This document shows, piece by piece, positions 23,827 through 33,455 of a stretch of 33,455 nucleotides of DNA. The translations under genes and the position numbers were made by a program. Origin of the DNA: Atractiella rhizophila (Eukaryota); the NCBI GenBank assembly GCA_021432655.1, contig MU271670.1, positions 1-33,455 on the forward strand, written 5' to 3'. A model generated the notes under the pieces. It did not search any database, was not told the DNA's origin, and saw only the letters and a list, made by a program, of their open reading frames with translations. Numbering within the stretch: position 1 is the stretch's first letter; every line of letters starts with the position of its first letter.

Positions 23827-24336
23827 TTGATGATTGAGGGACCCGAAATGCCCAAAAAAACATCACTGCCTAACCGCCGTTTTGAAAAGTAGCTTTGAGC
23901 CTCACATTAACTAAGGGTCATCTTGTTCAAAAACAACTTGCGGGTTCTTCACATATTAAGAGTACATTAGAACGCTTTACTTAGACAAGCAGAGCTAGAG
24001 GAAAGCAAGGAATCAAGCTGAATCTGGTCAAACACATAAAAAAAATCGTCGGGTGGCATTGCGCTGGCCTTGACTAGGATTGCGGCCACCTCAAGCGATT
24101 CAAGCGAGTAACGTGCGTCCACACAAGCTGAGTCAATAAGTATGTTTCAGTGGGGTTTCATGCAGCTTGAGTTCGCAAAAGGGAACTTGCAATCATTTCT
24201 TCGGCCTAATGTCAGACGCTCACTCCGCTTGCCTCTTCCCCCTTCCCAGCGAGCAATAGGAGTAGCGTCTGATTATTGAGACTGGGTCTTCATTTTTCAT
24301 ATCATGAATATGAAATTCATGTCATCGGATGCCTAA

Positions 24337-26258
24337 CTATTCGTACACTCGATTAAAGATCCTCTCATTGTTCTCCCGAGTAAACCCGCTCCTCTCGTTC
24401 GTCAACCTCACTCTCCAATTCAGGGCCTCCTCCTTCGAAGCCTTTCGTTGTCCTCCGACCTCCTTCAACTCTTCCGGAGTGTACCAATCCTGCTGTTGAG
24501 GTGGGATGATAGAGGTGTCAGGCACCTCATCGTTGGTTGGATTGACGAGGAAAAAAGCCAATATTTTGCGGTGTCCCGGTTTGGTTTTATCTATGAGAGA
24601 GAAGGAAGAGACCCGATGTTGGTCATTATTGGGAAAGCATATGCATCTCCCTTCTTTGATGGTCATGCTTCCTAGTGGCTGATTCAGCCGTCCACCGCTG
24701 TGCGCAGATTGAGCAGTCACAAACTAGGCAGGAGGAAAAGAGAGACGAACATTTTCAAGGCGTATTCGGCCATGAGTTGCGCCTTGTTTTCCCAATCTTC
24801 TGGCTAGTTACATTATTGGTACAAAGGACCAAGTTTGTGGTAGTAAAGGAAAAGACGAACCTCATCCACAGCCCGTCTGAAGCTCAACTTGCTCTCCGTA
24901 ATGTTTTCTTCGTCGTAATAATAGATTCCTGTCGCGGAGATAGCCTCGTTCATCCTACCTTCGACGCGCCACTCCCCGCCAGGATATGTCGGTTTCTCTG
25001 GGGTAAGAAGGATGTTTACGAGCTTGATGATGACTTTGGCCGGTACACCACGAATAGATATAGTAGGATAGTTGGCGAACTGTTTGGCGTGAACACCCTT
25101 CTTCGGATATTTCTTGACATCCGAGACGACAATCTGCCAAGCCCTCTTCAAATATTTCACATCCTGTTTTCTCACCTCGTATTCTGCCAGCTCGGCATTT
25201 GAAAGGAGGGGAGGCACGACGCCATCATACCTCGTCGGAGCTTGGGTTGGAGATGCTGGTGCCGAAGGTGCCTTCCCGCCGTCCTCTTCGTCCTCTTCCA
25301 GCTCTTCATGGTTGTCTTCGTCTTCCTCATCAAAGAACTCGCCATCTCCAACCATTACACGCTGTCGTGCTACATTTGGCAGCATCTGCAGGTCCGATAA
25401 GACCCTTTCGAACATAGGTACAAATAAGAGAAAGATATCTTCGAGCGCTTTGTAGACTTCCAGATATTTCTTCGGGTCCAGATTATTGATGTAGCTCGCA
25501 ATCTTGCACATCTTTCCATCTTCCGAAACTTTGAAAGGAGTAGGAAGCCAGCTAAACGATTCGGAGACGGTGTAGTCCTTTCTCCAAGGGGGAAAAGTCC
25601 ATAAGGAACCCACGGGACACCAGGGCAAAATCAGCTCTTGGATGTTCCACCAATTCCTTTCTTCAACAGGCATGGATCGTGAATATGCACGAGTGCGGCG
25701 GTAGACGATGGGGTAGAGGGAGGGATCGACAAGATTTAAAACTTGATTGTCCGAGCGAGGTTGCCAGTCCTTTTCAGATTCAGGGAGATTCTCGAGCGGA
25801 TGCAAGGAGGAAATGAGTGCCGAGCGCGTGTCTGGTGCGACCAAGGAATCGCTTTGCCAGATTCCATCGAAGCAGGAAACCTCGATACCTCCTTCCGTTC
25901 GAAGTCTGTCATATTCCTGTGGGAAGTTTGGCGGAGCTTATGAAAGAAGATCTGACGACACGCCTTCAGTTCCTTCAGCACCCAATCAACGGCCTCTGGA
26001 CTAAGGCACCCTTTCATAAAGTTTACGGGTATCACTTGCTCCAAGGCTTCCCTCTTCCACTTTTCACGAATATTCTTGTGCTTGTATTTCTGCAACGCAG
26101 GTGTTTCAGTCTGAAAGTAATTCCGAGAGAGCGAGAAGCTTGACCTCCCACCAGCGAGGTTTCGAGCGAATAGAAGCAGAGAGGAAACACATCCTCAGCT
26201 CCGTTGCAGAAAGCGCCGTGTGAGATTCATACTCAAAGGGGTTCAGGTGCTTTGACAT
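24337..26258 (-). CDS. DUF4246-family protein (fungal, 2OG-Fe(II) oxygenase-like)
   Basis: ELRMCFLSASIRSKPRWWE|K, VLNLVDPSLYPIVY, FSWLPT, SYINNLDP, VIIKLVNILLTPEKPTYPGGEWRVEG, FPNNDQHRV, GHRKILAFFLVNP. Introns at 26144-26090, 25963-25917 (GC-AG) and two more between about 24860 and 24700 give a continuous frame. The 3' end is uncertain. Confidence 0.85.
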
Positions 26259-26750
26259 CGTAGCACATGCAGATTCTGACGTTCCATGAATCCTATCCTT
26301 TTATGGACTTCAAAGGACAAATGCAAAAGAGTCGTATGACTGCTCGCTTAGCGCTCACTGCTGAACGGACACTCAGCTCAGCCACGAAAGTAGAACACGC
26401 ATGTACCTATGTGCGTTAGCAGATGGCGATGTTGCCAAGGTAGCACGTAAGTATGATATACTTGTATTTTCGAATGGATAAAGAATTATTATATTCGCAC
26501 CAAGGCACCCTCCGGTTAGCTCCGCTGCTCATGGTTCGAATGTACTTGTAAATACAACGAATCATGAAAGGAACGGACACTCTTGGCTGTAGCTCTGTTG
26601 GAACTGGAGTCCTTGCTGCTGGTCCGACAAATGTTCCTGGGCCATGACCATGTGAGCCCCAGGAACTTCGAAAATTGGCATTGACTTCAACAAGTCGCAG
26701 CATTTAAGAATTTACTTCACTTCCCCTCATCAACCAACAAGTGGGAAAAC

Positions 26751-28100
26751 ATGTCTCTTCCAGTAGATACTCTCATCCAAATCTTCAGGCTCGCCAGCCC
26801 TTCCCCTCCAGACCGTTTCGGCTTCCACAACCCTCCCAATTCTGAGCAAGCTAAGCATCGTCAACTTTACCCTCAAGTCCCTGATTCTATTGGCTCCGAA
26901 CGATACCCGTACGAATACCATGTCCACTATCGAGTTTATCAACAAGACCTCTTCCGGTTTGCTCGAGTGGCAAAGAATTGGAGAAGCGCAGTTGAGGAGA
27001 TGGTGAGGAGCCATTACATGACTACGAGGATCGAAAGCATGAACGATGTGCACGCCTTGAGAGCGATAGTTGGTGGGCAGAAGGACTCGAACTGGAGCTT
27101 TCAGAGACTCGTTTTCAATTATGATCCTTGGCTGAAAAGGGAGGATGCCGAGGGATTCGGAATGACTCCAGAAGAAGCAGAAGAGTCGGGTCTGCTTACC
27201 TGGCAGAATACAGTGGACCTTCTTCATCTTCCGGCATGCAGCAAGCATCTTCGATTCCTCTCCTTTGTCGATCCGTGGTCCCGAATCATAGAACTCCAGG
27301 GGGCAGATCAACCTTTCCAAAGGGACATGCCAACTATTTATCAGGGACTACCCCTCGCCTTCCCAGTTTTGACTGAACTCGCAGTTCAGGAAGCATTTAA
27401 CTTTCCCAAGCTTCTTCTCTTCTGCCTGCTCTCAAAAATGCCTCAACTGAAAATTCTGGCTCTTGCAGATGTTTACGACTCATCCAGTTCTACCGGCGGG
27501 TACCAGTATCCTTCTGAACCCACCTACCAACTACACACTCTCAAGATGAGTTTTGTGAATGACCAGACACCTAAATCGAGGCTATGGGATAACGACAAAA
27601 GATTTATCCTAACCTCGTCCCTTGCCGCAGGCTCAATTCGGACGCTATGCCTTGTGTGTCGTGACACCAGTGTAGACGGAAAGGGTCTTCTCCCTAACGA
27701 TATGTACGGTCCGCTGGCCTCAAACCTCAGGAGCGCTACATTCATCGATGTGCCGAATGCAGCAGCTCCTATTATCTCACATGCTCAAAATCTGAGCGAG
27801 CTGGTCTACGTCGATCATCTGAACAGAAAGCCTATGTTCGATCGCATTAAAGCATTTCCTGCAGAGGCATCGATCGAAAGGATTTGGGATCGCTACAATG
27901 AACATAACGATCGAGTGACCATGTCGGAGCTTGCGAAGTACCTTGATGTCGACAGCAAGGGAAGTTTTAAACGCCTCGGGTTAATTAGATTAACTTTGCT
28001 CGAATCCAACGTGGCAGAATTGAAGGAACAGCTTCAACCTCTCGTCGTGGCGTGCGACAAGTTAGGTGTCGAGGTGGAGTGGGACCTTGTGCGGTGGTGA
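26751..28100 (+). CDS. Hypothetical 449-aa protein, F-box-like N-terminus with LRR-like C-terminal part
   Basis: Uninterrupted ORF. MSLPVDTLIQIF...LFRFARVAKNWR resembles a split F-box, and LxxLxL-type segments recur (PVLTELAV, PQLKILAL, QLHTLKM, NLRSATF, NLSELVY). Confidence 0.65.
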   Translation: MSLPVDTLIQIFRLASPSPPDRFGFHNPPNSEQAKHRQLYPQVPDSIGSERYPYEYHVHYRVYQQDLFRFARVAKNWRSAVEEMVRSHYMTTRIESMNDVHALRAIVGGQKDSNWSFQRLVFNYDPWLKREDAEGFGMTPEEAEESGLLTWQNTVDLLHLPACSKHLRFLSFVDPWSRIIELQGADQPFQRDMPTIYQGLPLAFPVLTELAVQEAFNFPKLLLFCLLSKMPQLKILALADVYDSSSSTGGYQYPSEPTYQLHTLKMSFVNDQTPKSRLWDNDKRFILTSSLAAGSIRTLCLVCRDTSVDGKGLLPNDMYGPLASNLRSATFIDVPNAAAPIISHAQNLSELVYVDHLNRKPMFDRIKAFPAEASIERIWDRYNEHNDRVTMSELAKYLDVDSKGSFKRLGLIRLTLLESNVAELKEQLQPLVVACDKLGVEVEWDLVRW

Positions 28101-28449
28101 AGGTGTGCTGCTATTTCCATTTGTGTGATTGGACCGCATTGACTCTGATATCGACTAATTTAACAGTATCGAATAATGTATTCCCCAAGCCACCTATACG
28201 ATTTGCCGGCACTGTCTTTGCGTTCGCAACTGTCTTATTGTATGATCTCAGTTTCCGGCCTGTCAGTTTGCTTCAACGAAGTGCTCTCTCCAGGCAGGGG
28301 ATGAGAATTGCACGTTTACAACAATCTACTTATTATGTTTTACATAACTGAAATACGAGGATATTCGCCATTTTCTTTCTCTTTGTGATTTGCCCACAGT
28401 TCCAGAATCGCTTCCTACATTCTTAAAGCCAAGGTAAGCAGTTATGTTC

Positions 28450-29290
28450 TCATATTCTTGCATCAGCATTTTGAAACGAGACACATCCTGCAACATCAAT
28501 ACTGGGTGATAACGATACTACATATACCGACTGTTCTTCCTCATCAGACTCGTCGCTGATATCGCCCAGCTGCTTATTATCCTGCTGAGCGTTTCCTTTC
28601 TTCATTCTCTCGACTCCCTTTCCAATCTCCCTTCCTCTGTGTGCTTCATCTTCATTTACCCTCCCAAACAGAGCTCGTCTGGCCATTACAAAATTTGCAG
28701 GATCAACCCGCTCATCAAGCTTCTTCACACTAAGATCATATTGCAGTTGATCGAGTTCTGACGTTGAAGCAGGTGAAGGTAAAGGGAGCTCTGAGGAGAG
28801 GTCGAAGTGAGAAATTGTCAGGAGAACAAGCGCATGAAATTTTAGGATCCGGTACAAGTAGCTCAAGCGGTCAGCTTGATGGAGTATCGCAAAGTCATCC
28901 GTCTCTTTCAAAATTAAGTGGGTCATGGGTTTTGTCGGCACATGGAGAATCACTCACCTCTCCTGTCTCTTTCAAAATTAAGTGGGTCATGGGTTTTGTC
29001 GGCACATGGAGAATCACTCACCTCTCCTGTCGCAGAGAAAAGCCAGTCCTTCATCCAGCTTTCCGTCTCTTCGCAAATGGCAGGTCCAAATATTGACTCT
29101 GCCTTCACAGCAAGATCATCCATTGCCGCATCTCTTGCCTTCTTGTTATGTCGGTTAACAAAGCATAGTGTTGTTGGTTCGATGGAAGGTATTGGCGCTT
29201 GACAATCCGTTCGAGAGTTGGGATTGAGGAATCAAGGACTCCCTTCAGATCAGAAACCGAGACGTCTCGGGCCGTTTCCCAGTGACCCAA
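28450..29290 (-). pseudogene. Unidentified intron-containing gene, probably disrupted
   Basis: Protein-like frames (NRHNKKARDAAMDDLAVKAESIFGP...; TDDFAILHQADRLSYLYRILKFH...) joined by a GTGAGT...AG intron. An apparent frame change near 29160. No family recognised. Confidence 0.35.
28901..29028. repeat. Perfect 64-bp tandem duplication
   Basis: GTCTCTTTCAAAATTAAGTGGGTCATGGGTTTTGTCGGCACATGGAGAATCACTCACCTCTCCT occurs at 28901-28964 and 28965-29028. Confidence 0.95.
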
Positions 29291-29674
29291 CTATACACGT
29301 TCCATCAGCCTGACCTTGTGAATGAAGAAAGGGATGCACTGGGCAAGTATCAAACTCCTTCGGGATTGCCGTTTAGAATATCCTCCTTGTCACCGTACGC
29401 TTACGGTCCATGCACTCGATGCGATACTTTGCCTCTTTCCGTCCCTCCCAGGAATGATGTTGGGAAGTTGACCGTGCCAATACAATTTCTGATCCCTAAG
29501 AAGCACCACCTTTCCTTCCTCCAAAGTCCCATCCCCTTATCCATCAACAGCTCTATTAGCTCCCCAACATTGCCTTCACTATCACTCGGGCGCTCTCAGC
29601 CCCCTCATTCCCTGGTTCATTCTGTTATTGAACACAGTGGTAACCTGACGGGTTAGGTAAAGTGCAGCACATGT

Positions 29675-30380
29675 TTGGTACGGCATCCGGAACTCGAGAC
29701 AAACGAGACAAAAGATGACATCCACCGATCTCCAACACAATCTAAGATGGTCAAGACCAGTGAGCCAGAGCCCACTATGATGCCCATACCTACATTGGGT
29801 AAGTCCACATCGAAGGTTTTACGAGAGGTTCCCAGCACGCCGCACCACTACTCAGAAAATGCGACAACACCTTTCGCCCTGTCCTCGAATGCAGAGCACG
29901 CCTATTTACTCGCAGAGAGCGATGTCCGTGGAAAGTTCGAAGAGGTTTCCGTTGAGGAAATTCTTAAGATGCTCCCTGCACCAGAACCAGAGCAATACTC
30001 GGAATCGCGGCCTGCTCCTCGCCCTATCAAAATCTCTTTACCAGTCTTCAATGAAAACGAGCTATGTTCTCAAGTAGTGAGTGTTTCGAAACCCGGTGAT
30101 TCGGCTTCGTTGAGAAGCGGTTTAGATCACTGGCTTCAAGAGCTATCTCGCTTGTGATTGGCACTGGGCCAACACAACTAAGTTGCCCGACAAAACAATA
30201 CATCCTGTTTACGGCTACACTGCAGTAAAACCTGAGCTGGTGTTGTATTCAGCGGAAGCTGTCGCAGTGGAAGGAAACAGTATGCAAAATGTCGACATGT
30301 TTGCGCCAATTCTCTCGATCAATTCACCACCGCTCAGCACCTGGTGCACCTCATCAAACTTCCATCACCTGCCTCTCTGA
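29675..30380 (+). pseudogene. Truncated gene fragment resembling the N-terminal region of FunK1-type kinases
   Basis: Low-complexity start, then VRGKFEEVSVEEILKMLP...NENELC...AVKPELVLYS. No kinase motifs follow. The family resemblance is by eye only. Confidence 0.3.
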
Positions 30381-31381
30381 GTTCTCAACCTTCTCTCCGC
30401 TCCCCTAATCCTCATCAAAATGCCATCTGCTGACCCTATCCACCACCACGTCGCTCCAAACTCGAATATCAGCCCTCAACCTCAATCTCACCTTTAACCG
30501 CATAAGTCCCACGGAGGCTTGAGAACGGCAATGTCGATGCAACCGTCGGAGGAGAAGAGTCGTGGTTCAGGCAGTGAAAGTTTCGCGTAACAGGAGACTT
30601 AAGAGGTCTCCTACGATGGAGGATCGGGATTAGAATGTGGAAAAATTCGGGCTGGTGGGAGATCGGACTGCCTCTGGCCAATGGGCAACAGGGTTACCAC
30701 GAAGCTGTTGGTTGTCAAAGGACTCGTCTGGTGCGTCTTCTCCTCCTTATCCTTTTTGCCTACCTTCTTGAAAGTTTTAAAACATGATGGTTTATCACCG
30801 TGATGCTCCTATGGCTTGCAAAAGCATCGCAGCACACGGCGCTCCTCCTCGCTCCCTCACCCCAACTTACATACTCGTCAACCTGGCCATCCACCACTTA
30901 TCTGCGAATTATGACGTTAAAGCGGTGGTACGGGGCTAGAGGACTCTGGCAACATATCCCATCAACGTCCGAGTGGGGCCACGAGGACCAAAAACTCCAC
31001 AGATTACTCAGAGCACGCAAGTTGCGAGCAACTTAGGATATCCCACTCCGAGGAGCTGTCCATGATGATATGTTCATTAATCATTCAGAAAGTTCCTCAG
31101 ATCTCCGCGACCTTGAGTTAAGTACTGACTCGCCCACGGCCCGTGAAGTCTTTTAAGCCCATTTCAGTCCACGAATCTGCTCTTATAGCGCCAACATACG
31201 AGTTGGATAATCGAGAGAGAGATTCTCTATGGTTGGGGCTTCCGCTAGAAAATTGCATAACTGACCTTACTTGCACCTGAAGCACCTGAAGCCTATCTCG
31301 ATCTAGCCCAGATACCTCTAACATCCCATCTTTTCATCCCCTACCGCTCCATACGCACAGGCCCTCCATCATCTCGACACA

Positions 31382-33455
31382 ATGGCTCTCTTTCCTGCCC
31401 TCAAAAAGCCGAACGAGAAAGGGTTACGAATCCTCTCCATGGAGAACGGAGGTACTCATGGCTTTTCCACACTCTACACGGTGGAAGCTATCATGAAACA
31501 AGTAGCTGTCATCTTGGGTGTTCATGACCATCAGGAGCTCCGACCCTGCGAATTCTTCGATCTGATCTGTGGAACCTCGACTGGTGGCTGGATTGCTCTT
31601 ATGCTCGGAAGGCTGGGAATGACGGTTCGTCAATGTAACGATGCCTACCTTGACATTGCGGCGCAAGTCTTCTCGGAACGAGCACGCATGCCTCCATCAA
31701 ACAAGAACTCGGACATACCTCACTATCATTTCTCGGGGACGGAGTTCGATCAGGCGTTTATCAATCTAATCGAGAACCATATCTCCCTCACCGCCAACCA
31801 GGGCAGAATGGAGCCGATGAGGGATCCTGATCCTCTCTTTCAGCAGAGGTGTAGAACATTCGTCATGGGGACTGACGAGGCTAATGCTGTTGCGTGTGAA
31901 ATACGGACGTACGACTCTGTACTAAAGACTCAGTCTGCTGCCACCTGCACGATCTTGCAGGCAGCCAGAGCGACATGTGCCACACCAAACTTACTTCCTC
32001 CTCTCACTTTTGATAATAACGATGGAGTGTATAATCCCTTGGTCATTGCTCTTACGGAATCGAGGCGGATATGGGGCCAACAAAGCGAGATTGCCTGTCT
32101 CATTTCTTTGGGCACTGGACTTAGTCCGACCGTCACGATTGGACAAACTTTGGAGCAGCTCGATCGAACGGTGAACGAGATTGTGGTGGATTGCTCGAAA
32201 ATTGCCAATGAAGTCAAGGAGAGCGTACAAGAACGCAGGTTTGAGTCCTGTTTCCATCCATCGTGCATTGGTAATTAGGGCGACATTAGCTCTGAGGAAT
32301 CGATGGAAAAGGACAGATACATGGAAACTATGAGCCATCAAGGTGTTGATTTGGCAAAAACTCTAACTCAACGTATGTGGATCAATCATCCCTATTCTGC
32401 AATGACTGACACCTCAATGTGCAGCTCATTACAAACGGGCTGCCTTTCGCAGGCAGCTGCGATCGCCGACGTCTTTTACAAAGGACACAATGGCACGATC
32501 TCTCTCAGAAGTCGCTGAGGGTATCATACGCACTGGGTACAGCCATGTTGGCTGTGGCAGGAATGACGAGGCTCTGAAGGCGTTCCAGGAGGCGAAGAAG
32601 ATCTGTGCGGAGGCTAGTTTGAGGGACAGAGAGGCCTACTGTGTTAGAGGCATGGGAGAGATCAACCTTCAATGTGAGAGGTTCGACGAAGCTCTAATGG
32701 GTTTCAAAGAGGCGGGGGAGATCTTCCTCGAGCTGGGATTACACGAGGAATGGGCTGACTGTGTCACGGGTGTTGGAGATGTTCAATTTCAAAGCGGACG
32801 ATACGACGCGGCATTGGAGGCGTTTCACGAGGCAAAGGACATTTTCGTCCAGGTGGGGTCGCGCGATCGAGCCGCTCGATGTCTCAAGGACGTCGGAAAT
32901 GTCCATATTCAATGTGGCAGATATGATGACGCTCTGAAAGGATTCGAAGAAGCGAAGGAGGTGTATCTGGGGGTTGCACTGCTCAATGAGGTAGCCGACT
33001 GCATCGACTGCTTGGGAGAGGTTCACCTTCGGTGTGAGAGGTACGAAGAGGCTCTAAAGGCTTTTGAAGAATCGAGGCAGATTTGCATCGAGCTTGGGTT
33101 GCGAGATCGCGTCGCCAACAACATGAAGATCAGTGGAGAAATTGATCTTCAATGTAGCAAGTACGACAACGCTCTGAAGGCATTCAGGGATGCGAAGGAG
33201 ATTTACCTCGAGCTTGGATTGCGTGAGGCGGTAGCAGACTGCCTCAAAAACATAGGCGAAGTGGACCATCGATGCAGTAGGCATGTCAACGCTATCCTAG
33301 CCTTTAAGGAGGCGAAAGAGATTTACGTGGAGGTGGGATTTCGCCTTGGAGTGGCTGACTGCGTTAAAGGTGTTGGAGACGTCGAGTTTCGTTGTGGGAG
33401 GTACGATGAGGCTCGGAAGGCTTTTCATGAGGCAAAGGAAATATACCTCGAAACT
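31382..33455 (+). CDS. Patatin-TPR paralog lacking the NTPase domain; in-frame TAG at 32276-32278; runs off the window
   Basis: Patatin: NEKGLRILSMENGG, FDLICGTSTGGWIALMLGRLGMTV (identical to the paralog), QAARATCATP. After the TAG the same frame continues GDISSEE..YME..LTQ. A 52-nt phase-1 intron at 32373-32424 is followed by a stop-free frame of 40-aa TPR units to the window end. Confidence 0.88.
32530..33455 (+). repeat. TPR-coding array, 120-bp period, at least 7 units, more diverged than the 5401-6840 array
   Basis: Units read ADC..x.GEV..(Q/R)CGRYDEALKAF.EAKEIY.E.G.R with a 40-aa period. Confidence 0.9.

Noticed and set aside
30469..31324. Short ORFs between the FunK1-like fragment and the patatin-TPR gene
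   Set aside because: Short, interrupted in all frames, with no recognisable family.

Overview
Eukaryotic, intron-rich fungal DNA with 41-63 nt introns; the gene families suggest a basidiomycete, which is an inference. Two housekeeping genes sit in the middle: a class I cAMP phosphodiesterase (PDE2-like) and BCD1 (zf-HIT). They are surrounded by fast-evolving accessory genes: a decayed full-length hAT transposon with TIRs, a solo LTR plus a related copy, a Crinkler-N/REase-like/kinase pseudogene, FunK1-type kinase relics, a DUF4246 gene, an F-box-like gene and a second hAT end. The main signal is a pair of divergently oriented paralogous immune-receptor-like genes about 21.7 kb apart. Gene A (5400-9691, minus) is a fungal NLR: patatin - STAND NTPase - about 12 near-identical 120-bp TPR units. 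Its patatin lacks the catalytic DG, and a CGA>TGA stop interrupts the TPR array. Gene B (31382 to beyond the window end, plus) has the same patatin, intron and linker, but is joined directly to TPRs with no nucleotide-binding domain, and one in-frame TAG separates the patatin from an open TPR frame. All gene models were built by eye.
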